Assembly (NCBI GenBank): GCA_030390025.1
Contig: CM059433.1
Coordinates: 11,224,001 to 11,288,000 of the forward strand
Reading direction: 5' to 3'
DNA from: Squalus acanthias
Lineage: Eukaryota
Length of the DNA: 64,000 nt
Part shown: piece after piece, positions 23,149-36,084 of the stretch
Position numbering within the stretch: position 1 is the first letter of the stretch
Layout: every line of letters begins with the position of its first letter
Notes under the pieces: generated by a model
The model's input: the letters and a program-made list of their open reading frames with translations, nothing else
What the model was told of the DNA's origin: nothing
The model's database searches: none
Translations under genes and position numbers: made by a program

Positions 23149-24739
23149 ATAATAGGCTCACCAGCAAAGTTGAAGCCCATGGAATAAAAGAGACAGTGGC
23201 AGCATGGATATGAAATTGGCTAAGTGACAGGAAACAGAGAGTAGTGGTGAACGGTTGTTTTTCGGACTGGAGGAAGGTATACAGTGGTGTTCCCCAGGGG
23301 TCGGTTCTAGGACCACTGCTTTTCTTGATATATATTAATGATGTGGACGTGGGTGTACAGGGCACAATCTCAAAATTTGCAAATGACGCAAAACTTAGAA
23401 GTATAGTGAGCAGTGAGGAGGATAGTGATAGACATCAGGAAGACATAGAGAGGCTGGTGGAATGGGTGGACATGTGGCAGATGAAATTTAACACAGAAAA
23501 GTGTGTAGTGATACATTTTGGTAGAAAGAATGAGGAGAGGACATATAAACTAAATGGTACAATCCTAAAGGGGGTGCACGAACAGAGAGACCTGGGGGTA
23601 TATGTGCACAAATCGTTGAAGATGGCAGGGCAGGTTGAAAAAGCAGTTAAAAAGGCTTACAGGATCCTGGGCTTCATAAATAGAGGTATAGAGTACAAAA
23701 GTGTGGAAATTATGATGAACCTGCATAAAACACTGGTTCGGCCCTAACTGGAGTATTGTGTCCAATTCTGGGCACCACACTTTAGGAAGGATGTGAAGGC
23801 CTTAGAGAGGGTACAGAAAAGATTTACGAGAATAGTTCCAGTGATGAGAGACTTCAGTTACGTTGATAGACTGGAGAAGCTAGGGTTGTTCTTCTTGGAG
23901 CAGAGAAGATTGAGAGGAGATTTGATAGAGGTGTTCAAAATCATGAGGGATCTGGACAGAGTAGATAGAGAGAAACTGTTCCCATTGGCAGAAGGGTCAA
24001 GAACCAGAGGGCACAGATTTAAAGTGATTGGCAAAAGAACCAAAGGTGACGTAAGAAAAACTTTTTTACGCAGTGAGTGGTTAGGATCTGGAATGCGCTG
24101 CCTGAAAGGGTGGTGGAGGCAGACTCAATCACAGCTTTCAAAAGGGAGTTGGATAAGTATCTGAAGGAAAAAAAATTGCAGCGCTACGGGGAAAGGGCGG
24201 GGGATGGGACTAGCTGAGTGTCGGCACGGGCTCGATGGGTCGAATGGCCTTCTTCCATGCTGTAACCATTCTATGATTCTATGATTCTATGAATTCTTCT
24301 TCCCCACAGATGGTCAATGTGTACCAAGGCAAATTGATAAATGGGCATGGTGAGAGGTGGCAGACCATGTGAATGCCATCAGCATTTTCTTCGGGACCTG
24401 GCTATGGTGCAGAAATAAATGCAATTATCTCAGCAGGAGTACCAAGGTAAGACTCCCCTTCACATCTTTCATACATTCTGCATAGCCCTGCAGGGCCCTC
24501 AGCACTTTCAATCTTTCCCTGCCTACTTGCGATGTTTGCCCATAAGTCAGCAGGGAAGATTTCACTGCACTTGAGGGTGGAAAGACTGGGGAGATTTTGG
24601 CCATGCCTGTTAATGTAGGGGAGCATGGATTGTTCAGCTGAAGTGATCTTCAACGAGCTTCTGCCAAACAGTTCTGGCTGCCGGCAAACGTTGGACCGCT
24701 CCTGCTTTCTCGTCATCCTCTATCATCAATGGACTCTCC

Positions 24740-25560
24740 CTTATCATGCTGAAGGCCCTAGTTGAATGGTGGCTCCATGTGTTGTGCAGAGCAGTTATAC
24801 AGCATGCAGCAAACCACAATCATACCAGATATTCTTTCTGGGCTGTATTGCAGGATGTCACTGGACCTGTCCGGGTCTCTGAACCGTCGTTTGATGACTC
24901 CGATGGTCTGCTCACCGAGGGCTCTAGTTCACCCATGGATCTGATTGTAGCGGAGGTCCGCAGCCAAACGTGGGTTATTAAAAGGAGTCATAAGCCAGGT
25001 GTGCAGGGATAGCCCTTGTCTCCAAGCATCCAGCTTTTAATTTGCTTTGCAGGAGAAAATAGTCATTGGATGGACGATTGACACAATATAAAAGCATCGT
25101 GGCAGTGCCAGGAACGTTGGCGCATACCAGTTGGATATTAATACAGTGGAATCCCTTGTGATTCATGAAGGTAGTCGCATTATGCGAAGTAGCCCGCAGG
25201 GTGACATGAGTACAATCAATGACACCGTCGACTCGGGGGAATCCTGCAATCTGTACGAACCACAGAACTCTATTCTGCTGTTTCCGAATATCAAGGGAAA
25301 CAGTGATGAATGTGCTGGCTGTAGCAAACAGGGCATCAGTCACCTGTTGAATACAAGTAGGGATTGAAGACTGACTAAGATTGCTGATATCCCTCGGAAG
25401 GGACCAGAGGTAAATAAGTTCAGGGCTGCAGTCACCTTGACTGCTACAGGTAATGCTGAGCTTATGCAGCAAACCTCTTGCAGGATGTGGCACAACTCTG
25501 TAACTATCTCTCTCTCTCTCTCTCGAGAATCAAAGCATTCTTATGCAGGGTTCCTCGGAG
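24740..25560 (-). pseudogene. Decayed PIF/Harbinger (HARBI1-like) DDE transposase
   Basis: AGFPRVDGVIDCTHV, NHKGFHCINIQLVC, LGDKGYP, WLMTPF, GEQTIGVIKRRF, LQYSPER, VCCMLYN; frameshifts and stops. Confidence 0.88.
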
Positions 25561-26683
25561 AACTGCAGATATGTTGTCCTGCGCCTATGAACTCTGTTCA
25601 GAGGGCAAGCATTCCTCCGAGCCGTCTCCTTCTATTTGCACACCCTCCAGCTCTGTTTGTTTATTCCTCTTACTCCTCCTCATTCACGTCCTCCTCCCAG
25701 AGCCCTAGAAGAACCCCCATTAAGGAACAACTGCAAAACCAGAAACCCCTCAACTGTCAGAACCTACAATAGCAACACCAAGCACTTTCAAAAAAAAAAC
25801 CTAACTGCTGCAGAGAAATGTCGACAAAATCTCTATACAGCTTTACCTGAGAACAGTTAAATCGCGTTTGAAGTTGCCACCTCAGGTCTTGTATGTCCCA
25901 TGGTTGGTGGGCGGGAGTGGAAGGGGCCTTAGTCAGGAGGTAAGGACGGAAAGTTGCGTCAGCATTGTAATGACATAATTTGACCCTGATTTGAATATAT
26001 TGCTGAGGCCTGTTTCCTCCCCCGTTTCCAGCAAGAGCTCTGGTCACCAGGATTAATGTCCCCCAGATAATCAGGCGAGCTATAAAAGCAGCGGCAATTG
26101 GGCAGAGGGAGCAGAAGTTTTATTTTCTACCTGCTACTGCCCTAAATGGCAAGAGACTAGAAACTGTGGCGGGGCAAAGGGATTTTGGGTGTCCAGGCCC
26201 ACGATGCACTCAAGGCTCGTGCACAGGTACAAAAAGTAATCAAAAAGGCTAATGGAATGTTGGCCTTTATCTCAAGAAGGTTGGAATACAAATGGGAGGA
26301 AGTTATGCTTCCGTTGTGCAGAGCCTTGGTCAGATCCCACCTGTGGTACTGCCTTCAGTTTTGGGCACCGCACTTCAGGAAGGGTGTATTGGCCTTAGAG
26401 GAGGTACAGAACAAATTTACCAGAATGATACTTGGGCTTAAAAAAGTTAAATTGTGCGGGCAGGTTGCATATACTTGGGTTGCATTCCCTTGAATTTAGA
26501 AGTTTGAAGGGTGATCTAATTCAGGTGTTTAAATTATTTGACACAGAGCAGCTATTTCCTCAACTGGAGGAATTCAGAACTTGGGGGGCACAATCAGAGA
26601 TAAGCCATTCAGGAATGAATTCAAGAAGCATTTTTCATCCAAGGGGTAGGGGAAATGTGGAATTCTCTCCGCCAAAAGGCTAA

Positions 26684-27598
26684 GGGGGAAAAATTCGGTT
26701 GCTTTGTGCTAACGGGGTGCAAAGCAACAAGCGCCTGGGCGCGGCGCCGCCAACGCCTCCCGCGAAATTCAGCGGGAGGTTAGCGGCGGCGGTAACTGGT
26801 AGCGCCCCGCGGCGCTGCGCCGCCGGCGATGACGTCATTGACGTAAGTAAACTACTAGGCACTTGGTCTAAGCATTAAACAAAGCTTTAATCACCTGTTT
26901 TACAACATGGAGGTCTAGTTGTGTCCTTCACTAGTTCCTGTTAAGAATGTCCTGCGCAAGCTGGGCCCGTGCCCGAGTATTTATACTCTCCCTGGACAGC
27001 GCCACCCGCAGACCACTCAGTATTATTTCATAAGACTTTCTTTCATGAATGACAGATTCATGTCAGTCATCGTCGTGTGCAGCGTCCCGCTCGTGCCCCG
27101 GCCGCGATCTTCGGGAGCGCCCCCTGACTTACCGCCGGACGCTATGTCCGACGGGGTCAGGGGGGCCTACCTGCGGCCAGGGCGGTGCTATTTAAAGGCG
27201 AGGTGCTGGGCAGCCATTGTTGTTGCTGGCCGCCTGCCAGCACCTGCCTCCGCTCCCGTCCCCGGCCTCCTTACCCGCCCCCCCACCGCAGAGTGCCGGT
27301 TGCGCTCCAAGAGCCCGGCCCTTCTCTTGAGGGCCGGGCTCTTTTGCCGGCACTCCCGATCCCGGGGGACCCAGCTGGGCCCCGGGTCACACTGCACAAG
27401 GCCCCTCCCCTTTAAGAAGGGGAGGAAGGCCTGCAATACCGCGGCGCGATGTGCCGCAATATTCCCTCGCAGCGCCCCAAGAGGGAGGTGGGGCGCTTCC
27501 AGTAGTGTCCCGCTTCCCTCTTGGGGGGCAACCACTCAATTTCCGTCGCGGGGGCGCTAATTTTTCTGGGGCGCTAAAAGTAGCTCAAATTTTAGCCC
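26684..27598. mobile_element. Harbinger-type MITE (family A)
   Basis: Ends GGGGGAAAAATT and AATTTTAGCCC. TSD TAA at 26681-26683 and 27599-27601. Confidence 0.85.
26839..27065 (-). mobile_element. Solo LTR (227 bp)
   Basis: Termini TGAC...GTCA. 5-bp TSD GTCAT at 26834-26838 and 27066-27070. TATAAATA then ATTAAA on the - strand. The empty site is visible in the MITE copy near 4180. Confidence 0.85.
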
Positions 27599-29005
27599 TA
27601 AGGATATTGAGTCAAGAGAAATTTTCAAGACTGAGATTGATATATATTCGTTAGGTAAGGCTATCAAGGGATATGGATCAAAGGAATAGTGGAAATGTGG
27701 AATTCTCTCTGCCAAAAGGCTAAGGGGGAAAAACTTGGTTGCTTTGCGCTAACGGGGCGAAAAGCAAGAAGCGCCTGGGCTTGAGGGCTGAGGTACAGAT
27801 AAGCCATGATCTAATTAAATGGTGGAACAGGGACTGAATCGCCTAATCCTGTCCCTATGTTTCCTATGTTCTCTAAACAGGGTGGTAAGGAGATAAAAAT
27901 CGCCCCAAATCTCTTAAAGAGAACATGGGAGAAAATCTGGAAAAAATGTATTTTAAAATTATAGAAACAGAAGAAAAAGTATTTTAAAATTATTTTATAA
28001 AGAACATTCATTCATCCTCAAGCTCGCTAGCGAATTACTTTTATACCTGAACCGTGCAAGATTAATATATGAAGCCTAATAAGGGCAGCAAAAAACTTTC
28101 TCTCCTAGAGAGCAGAAAATGAAACTAATCTTCTCAACAAAATCATACCCAAATCTGGTTTAATAACAGTAATAAGCCTCTGAATGGGGAACAGTAGCTT
28201 ATTTCCAATATTAAAGAGATCAGCCTTTATCTGCTGACAACAAAAAAAACCCACAGAGCGGAGTAAGACCAAAAGGGAGTTATCATTCCTCTCATTTCCT
28301 GTCTCGGACAAAAGAGCAGTGCCTGTTGGAGCTGATAGGTGTTTGATCAAAGAGTCAGTTGTTATCAAGAGTCCAGCCAGACAGAGGAGCCTGATTACTG
28401 CTGGACAAGTTAACTGCTTTGATCAGTGTGGAGTCTGACTGCCGGCTCTGTTTGTGCACAGGGTGAGGAGGGGAGGCAGAACAGTCAAAGGAGTGACAGA
28501 AAAAAGTACTATCGCGCACAGATAGGAGATAATTGGGATATTATGGATCCAGTAAATGGTAGGGAAATGCGGCAAGGATGCACAGAATTTTTTTTTTTAC
28601 ATTTAAGCAACACTCTGTCTGCCTGCATACTGAGCTTCTGAAATGTCTCTAATGCTGCAGCTTATTATCATTTTATCTGTTATATAATCTTTAAACAATG
28701 CATTCCTTCTCCAGACAGAACTCAGTTTAATGTTACGTGTTCATTTATTATGTTTTAATTAAATACAGTCCGGTAAAGAAATGTGCAATAGTTCGGTCAT
28801 CATTTAAAATATAACTGCTCCGATGTTGTTTATCACGACAGAAAATTGTAGCTAAAATATGTGCACTTTTTGAAGATCTTAAGACTGTTAAAGTTGCCCT
28901 CTAAGATGCCTGTGCGTCATTTGTGACCTGTGGCACAACATCATGCCACACATCAGGGTCAGAGGTTGTTTCAAAATTGGTAAAGCTGCAGATGAACTGA
29001 TTATA

Positions 29006-29769
29006 GGGCCAGAAATTCGGCTCTTGTCGGGTGAGTACGCACTGTGTACTCACCGTAAGGCCACCTGAAGTGCCGGTTTCCTGCATGCCCTGCGCATGCG
29101 CGGGAAACCGGAACTTCCGTTCCCCTGAAGGGAGGGGTTCAGAAGTCGAACGCGTGCGCGGGAGAGGCTGCGCGCACGCAGCGAACTTCAGGTTTTTTTT
29201 TTCAGGTTTCTCCAGGAAGGTAAGTATGGAGAAGCTGCACTTTTAAAAAGGAGGCGCAAGGCCTGTTTTTAACAAGGTAAGTGGTTAATTAATTACAATT
29301 TAAACATTTTTTCAACAGGTTTATCTTTTTTAGATACTTTAAAGAAAGGTAAGTTTATTTTTAGCACCGTTAAAAAGTATAATTAATTTTTTCAAAAATT
29401 TAAATTTTTGTTTAAAGTAGTTAATTTATTTAACTTATACTTGTCTTAAAAATGTGATTTTTTTTTCAATTTATTTGAAGTTTAAGTGTGGTTTTGGGGC
29501 TGATCTCTATTCATAGATTTGACAGGTCTTCCTGTCAAATCTATGAATGAAAATGCCCTGCTAGGATTGGCTCTCCATGGCCCACGTGATCCCAGGGGAT
29601 GCTTCGAACTAACTGCGCCCCTGGGATACGCAAGCACTGCGCGCCGGCAGCTGCAGGAGGCCCAGGACCCGAAGTCCTCGTGGGCCCAAAGCACAACGGC
29701 AGGCGCAGTAGGCAAGTACGCGCGCGATGCTTGCACCCACAGGAAGCCGGAAAGCCGAATTTCTGGCCC
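29006..29769. mobile_element. Harbinger-type MITE (family B)
   Basis: 17-bp TIR GGGCCAGAAATTCGGCT; GC-rich arms and AT-rich centre; related to 47466-48220 and 52580-53332. Confidence 0.85.
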
Positions 29770-30452
29770 AATATATTGTAAATCAGAACAATTTAAAAAA
29801 TATAGCTAAAGCTCTTCCACCTTTTTCTATTCCAATTTGAGAAAGAACACAGTTTTATATATATATGTATATATATATGTATATATAAATATACCGTTTT
29901 TCCCCTTCACTCCTTTAGGTTCCCCTCCCCCATGGCAGATTCCTAGTTGGAGCACGTAGGCAAGAGACTTGTCCCCAGATCTCTTCCGGATCCGCTCTGT
30001 TGCTGGCGGCTGGGAGGTGTGTAAGAGCAATCCTCCAATTTTCTCCCGCTCCCCGTGGAGAGTCATCTCGCGCCTCTGAAAGTCTGGGGAATTTGGGACC
30101 TCTCTCTGGGAAATTACGATCACACGGGACAAAAAAGTAATGAACTTACAGCAGGATAACTGGTTGAAAACCTGAGGATTTAACTTTGGATCCTCAGGAG
30201 AATTGCATCACTTTGAGGTGTCACAGCAGCTGGAATGAATGCTGACTCGGTGAAAAATTGTTTAACATGATGATTGTGGTGATGACTATAGATTTGGTTT
30301 TAGTGCTGCATTTTTTAAGCTCCTGAAATAAAACAAGTAAAAGCTGGCAATGTGTTTTTTTTTAATTTTGGAGAGTAATTTCTTTCATGCTTATTAAAGT
30401 AAAGGATGTCAGCACTGGAGAATTGAATATTTTTCCAATTTTGTCATCCAGT

Positions 30453-30895
30453 ATTTTTTTTTATTCGTTCATGGGATGTGGACATCGCTGGCAAGGCCGG
30501 CATTTATTGCCCATCCCTAATTTCCCTTGAGAAGGTAGTGGTGATCCACCTTCTTGAACCGTTGCAGTCCATGCGGTGATGGTACTCTCACAGTGCTGTT
30601 AGGGAGCGAGTTCCAGGATTTTGACCCGGCGACGATGAAGGAACGACGATATACTTCCAAGTCAGGATGGTGTATGACTTGGAGGGGAACTTGGAGGTGG
30701 TGGCGTTCCCATGCACCTGCTGCCCTTGTCCTTCTAGGTGGTGGAGGTCACGGGTTTGGGAGGTGCTGCCGAAGGATCCTTGGCGAGTTGCTGCAGTGCA
30801 TCTTGTAGATGGTACACACTGCAGCCACGGTACGCCGGTGGTGGAGGGAGTGAATGTTTAAGTTGGTGGCTGCTTTGTCCTGGATGGTGTCGAGC
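30453..30895 (-). mobile_element. Second CR1-group LINE family, 3' fragment
   Basis: High similarity to 63030-63500. Confidence 0.85.
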
Positions 30896-30944
30896 ATCAG
30901 ATATAGCATGACCAGATGAAGTGTAAAACTTTCTCTACACTGGT

Positions 30945-31335
30945 CAGCCTGGCTCAGTTAGTACCGTTCTCGGCTCGGAGTAAGAAGGTTGTGGGCTCAA
31001 GCTCTGGTCTAGGTTTTGAGCACATACCAGTGCAGCACTGCACTGCATTGTCGCAGGTGTCGTCCTTCAGATGAAATGTTAAAACAAGGCCCCCGTCTAC
31101 CTGCTCAGATCAACATGATTGAAAGCACAACTGAGAAATCTCCCGGTGTCCCAGTCAATAGTACTCTCTCAAGCAATATTAACAAAAAAAAATTAACTGG
31201 CCATTCATCTCATTGCTGATTATGCAAATAAAATGGCTGCTGCATTGGCCTGTATAATAGCAATCACTGCACTTCAAAGCACTTTGAACATTTTTGAGAG
31301 CTGAGATAAGCATCTATACAAATCCACATCTTTCT
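30945..31335 (+). mobile_element. Old SacSINE1-like SINE
   Basis: Degenerate tRNA head GGCTCAGTTAGTA...AGAAGGTTGTGGGCTCAAG and core. Confidence 0.7.
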
Positions 31336-32222
31336 TTCAATGCCTCACCAAAGTGCATCAGCAACCAAAATATGAGCTTTATAGCTCCTATAACAGAGCA
31401 AATGTACTTGACCAAACGGGACAGGGGAAACAGACATTGAATAGAGATTAGAAATGCTAGTAGAGGTGACTGAAGATGTGGTCAAAGTGGTTGTTTTTGA
31501 AGGTGGGAAGTGAAGTAGCAAGGTGCAGGAGTAGAATACGTTTGTGTTGTTGATGCGCTTTGATGAGGCACCGAAAGAAACACCCCAATCCCCCCAACAG
31601 ACATTCTTCTCCTCAGTTTGGGTTGGAATTTGAATCCAGGTGCCAGAGGTGAAAGGGCAATGTTCTCACCCACTGTGTTACTGGAGTGCAGGGGGGGTGG
31701 GGGGGGGGGGGGGGGGGGGGGTGGCGGGTGGTGGGGTGTGATTTGTAATTTTTTTCAGTTAAAATTGTTGGGGCCAAAAATCTTCAGCCCGTCCAGCGCA
31801 CTCTAGACATAGCTCCAGCAGGGGGGCCATAAAGACCTGGAGATATCAGGGCTTGGTTTTACCCAGCAGTTTCCATGAGGGCCAGCAAGGGGTGAAACCC
31901 CTGCCGCTCCAAACAAGCACAGCATGTAGGAAGGGGGCAAGTGTAGGATGATGGGGACTCTCTGGCCTTGCCTGGTCCGGCCCTCTGAGCGGTGTAAGCG
32001 GGGCCCACCTCAGGGGTCAGGCCTGATTGAAAGAAAGAAAGCATTTGCCAAAATAATTTTGGCCTCCTTGAAAAGGCATCACTCGCCACATTTTGTAGCC
32101 CCCTGGAGCCGAGCCTACCCTCCCACCCACTTTTATTTAAATTGAGTGACCACTACCTAATCCTGTGAACTTTTGGCGGAGGTCGCAGGTGAGTTGATCT
32201 GTGCACTTACACCGGAATGTTG

Positions 32223-32691
32223 GAAAGAAAGCCTTGCATTTATATAGCGCCTTTCACGACCACCAGACGTCCATAAGCGCTTTACAGCCAATGAAGTACT
32301 TTTGAAGTGGAGTCACTCTTGTAATGTGGGAAACGCGGCAGCCAATTTTCGCACAGCAAGCTCCCTCAAACAGCAATGTGATAATGACCAGATAATCTGT
32401 TTTTTGTTATGTTGGTTGAGGGATAAATATTGGCCAAAACACCAGGAATAACTCCCCTGCTCTTCTTCGAAATAGTGCCCATGGGATCTTTTACGTCCAC
32501 CCGAGAGAGCAGACGGGGCCTCGGTTTAACGTCTCACCCGAAAGACAGCACCTCCGACAGTGCAGCACTCCCTCAGCACTGCACTGGAGTGTCAGCCTAG
32601 CTTTATGTGCTGAGTCCCCGGAGTGGGACTTGAACCCACAACCTTCTGACTCAGAGGCGAGTGTGCTACCCACTGAGCCACTGGCTGACAC
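32223..32691 (-). mobile_element. Full-length SacSINE1-like SINE
   Basis: Complete head, core and tail. Confidence 0.9.
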
Positions 32692-33234
32692 AAAGTGCAC
32701 TATATTGTACTGAGCAACATAATGCAGAGGAGGCACCTCAGGAACCGGGATGGTAGAGAATCACAGATAAAATGCGGTGGGAGTTGTGTCTGAATGGTTT
32801 CAAAGTGATTGCATTGCTCTCTGCCTCTTATCACCCAAACTGACAGTTCAACCTGTTCCCGTGAGAGCCATCATGTTTGATGCAGAAGGTACAGCGCTCA
32901 CTCCCTGCTACCCGCTGACATATACAAGGCAAAAAAAACACCCAACCCTCAAGCAAACATGTCAATACTAATTAGAAATACGTAACAAATTGTATCGTCT
33001 AAGATATAATACAATTCAATTCGAAACAACAGTGAGACAGATTCAGGTTACATTCTGACATATTCTTAAAGGTTAACATCCTTAGAGAGGAATATATGTC
33101 TTGTTTCTGTTCCTGTACATCACTCACTTCCGTTAAATAAGTTCCATTCTTGCAAATGCAATTGCAATAATTTCAGTATCTAGTTGATTATTAATCCAAG
33201 TTTTATCCTTTTTTTTTTGCAGTAACAGAATCTC

Positions 33235-33396
33235 GGGGTGAAATAGCGATCACGAAAAACGTGCGTTAACGAATCGGCAGCCTGTTTAACACACCGCCCA
33301 ATTTTCTCTTCCATTGAAGTCAATAGAAAATAAAATCTAGCTCACGATTTGCTATCGCTTATTTTGCGTTACCGCCCAACACCAATTTCGCCCCCC
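33235..33396. mobile_element. Short palindromic MITE
   Basis: Ends GGGGTGAAAT and ATTTCGCCCC. Related fragments at about 8349, 12509, 46966 and 56691. Confidence 0.6.
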
Positions 33397-33814
33397 TCAG
33401 TCTTTATTCTGTTTTTAAGGCTGAAAACCCTCTGCAGCATCATTATAGGCAAGCGAGCAGACTTCCCTTGGCAGTGTTTACAGGGATTCTCCTGTGTGGG
33501 CACAGTGGTGATGTTGAGCTGCTAAACTGGCCTGTGCCACTAAGGTCACTGTGGACATCCAGGTAATTGGGGCTGTTTCATCGGGTGAATCACAGGTCAG
33601 TAAATCACTTGTAAATCAGGCTCCAGGTCAGAACCCAGGATGCAAGGCCCAGCTTTCTTTCTCTCTGTAACAAACTGTGATGTACACAATCCAGCCAAGA
33701 GGCGGCCTAATTACCTGTAAAGTTAGAAAGTTAGGTCAGGGAACTGCTATCACCCAGGCGGGCTAGTTCCCTGTCCCTGACCGGATGTGCGCCCACCCAA
33801 ATTTAGGTGGCATA

Positions 33815-34230
33815 AAGAAGCAACTGGCATTTACAAGGCACCTTCCACATCCTTAGGATATCCCAACGCATTTCACAGCCAATTAATTACTATTGAGCTG
33901 TAGTTGCTGTTGTTGTGCAGGCAAATGCAGCAGCCAATTTGCGCATGGCAATCTCCCACAACCAGCAATGAGATAAATGGCCAATTAATCTGTTCTTGGT
34001 GGCGATGTTTGAGGGATAGCTCCTCTACTCTTTTTCAAAATAGCGCCATAGGAATTTTTTTACATCCACCTGAACAGGTAGCTAGGGTTTTCGTTTTACA
34101 TCTCAGCTGAAAGACTGTGGCTCTGGCAATGCAGCACTTCTTCAGGACTACAATGAAGTGTCAGCCTACATTACGTGCTCAAGGCCTTGAGTGGGGCTTG
34201 AACTCACAATCTTCTGACTCAGAGGCAGGA
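33815..34230 (-). mobile_element. Old SacSINE1-like SINE
   Basis: Degenerate but colinear with the young copies. Confidence 0.7.
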
Positions 34231-34545
34231 TTGCGAGCACTGGGTCAAGTTGATGCGGGACACATATTATAATCACAGGCATTATAGAAGGATTCACAGA
34301 AAGCTTATTATTCAGCTGATTTTTTATTGCACTGCGGACGACTGTTTTACCTTTGTGCTTTGTGCTACTGGGCTCCCATTTCCCCCTCCTGCACAACTCA
34401 AAAGAGACCACAACACATTGGAATAGCCCTGTATCTTTGCTTTTTGTTGGAAAACAAGGAGCGGCAATGTGAGCAATAGAAACAAAAAGTGCTGGAAATA
34501 CTCAGCAGGTCAGGCAGCATCTGTGGCGAGAGAAATAGAGTTAAC

Positions 34546-35880
34546 GGGCTGGATTTAGCGGTAGGGGTCAGCGGGCACGATCGGTGGCGGGTCGGGTGGG
34601 AAAGTTTTTCTTCCCCAGCGGGTCGGCACCCTGCTGTAAACCCGCCGCCACGCGCCTTTCCCCGATGTCGGGTCTGTCAGCGCTGAGCAGACCCGACACG
34701 CAGCGGCGGGTTCACACGGGGGACCCAATTCAGGCAATTAGTGGCTTGTTTAGAGCCACTTAAGAATGAATTTCAGCTCACCTTCTGCATTTGGCAGCTC
34801 GCCCACGGGGTCCACGCTGGTCGTGGACCATGTCTGTCAAGTTGAGGCGGGAGTTCAGTGGCCATTGAATCAGCTGTTGAGTTGACAGCTTCAAATGTAA
34901 AGTAAAAGCTCCCACCTTACAGAGATATCTTCCCTCGGCCACAAGCTCCTCCTCACTGCATTTCCACAACAGATTCACCATGCTGCAAATCTTTACACAA
35001 GTCTCCATCCAGTCTGATCTCATTACCTCTCTCACCATTGACAAATCGCTTCTGTCATCTCTACTTCACCTGCCATCTATTCCATCGGCATGGGTGCCCT
35101 TTATACTCTCTCACCTTGGTCCGCAGAATCCCACCACGATCAGCCCCAACACCAGCAGCACCAGGCACACCAGCAGCACCAACAACACCACCAACCTTCT
35201 CCGCAATCACCTGATGCTGCACAGGACACAGGGCATCAGCACCTGACCATATTGCTGCCCAGGAGGCCAGTGATGACCTCACCATGGCCAGATTTACTTC
35301 ACTTGACACAGTACACCCTAGGTGCCACATGATGCGCCAGGTTGGCACCACCCCATACCAGCACCATAAAGCATCCCTACAATGCCCAAGCCATTCCTTT
35401 CACACTCATTACCATTGCAGGGAGTACCGGTATGTCTCACCATTCATTGCAACTCACTAAGGCACTTTCAAAGGTGCACATAAATCTGTCCAAGAATGCA
35501 AAGTGTTGAAAATAAAGGTTTCAATATTTGACACCACATTAACAGAAACTTTGCATGAACATTGCATAAAACACTCAAGTGCCTACCCTTGTGTGTTGTT
35601 AGTTGGTATGATTGCACTAGGATGAGGGGTGGCTAGTGAGATGGGGATGTGGTAATGTAGATAGTGAGGGATGGGTGGAGGTGCAAGGTAGGTTGGTGTG
35701 AGTAAGGATGTGCAGGAGTAGGGTAGGGAAGGCGGAGTGATGGGGATGTGATGAGCGGTACAGCAGGGTGAGGTTGAGTGTGGCTTTGTACTAACGTTTC
35801 GTGATCTACTGAGATCATTGAAATGTTTGCAGCACTGCACCCAGGTCCTCCTGACCACATCCCTGCTCGTGTCCTCAGAC
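34546..35880. mobile_element. Internally deleted PIF/Harbinger element (possible transposase N-terminus on +, Myb/SANT fragment on -)
   Basis: Starts GGGCTGGATTT. Q/H-rich MGA...HHQPSPQSP segment at 35090 (+). RRTWVQCCKHFNDLSRS at about 35805-35860 (-). Confidence 0.65.
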
Positions 35881-36084
35881 TTCATACATATTCATGACGT
35901 ATTTCAGACTTCCAGCATCCACAGTATTTTGCTTTTGTAGCAATGTGAGCAAGAGTGGAAAAGGGACAGTCAGTAGCAGAAACAAGAATGAACTAGAGAC
36001 TGTGGCGTGCAATAGAGAAATTGGATTGAGGTGGCCTTGTACTTCCTTGCAATGCATCATTGGATGTCCCTGCAAATGGTTCTG

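Larger units (their letters stand above)
21728..24290 (+). mobile_element. CR1 LINE (21728-21822 joined to 23149-24290), interrupted by nested insertions
   Basis: FFDEVTERVDEGNAVDVVYMDVQKAFDKVPH resumes as NRLTSKVEAHGI at about 23150; SGVPQGSVLGP present; (ATTCTATG)n tail at about 24270-24290. Confidence 0.9.
26180..27870 (+). mobile_element. Old CR1 LINE 3' part hosting a MITE and a solo LTR
   Basis: KKANGMLAFISRRLEYK..LVRSHLWYCLQFWAP. The CR1 sequence resumes at 27602 after the MITE. Confidence 0.85.

Noticed and set aside
26919..27560. 213-aa ORF, and the similar ORFs at 4110-4648
   Set aside because: These are GC-rich MITE sequence (here fused to a solo LTR) with no recognisable domain; open frames are expected by chance.
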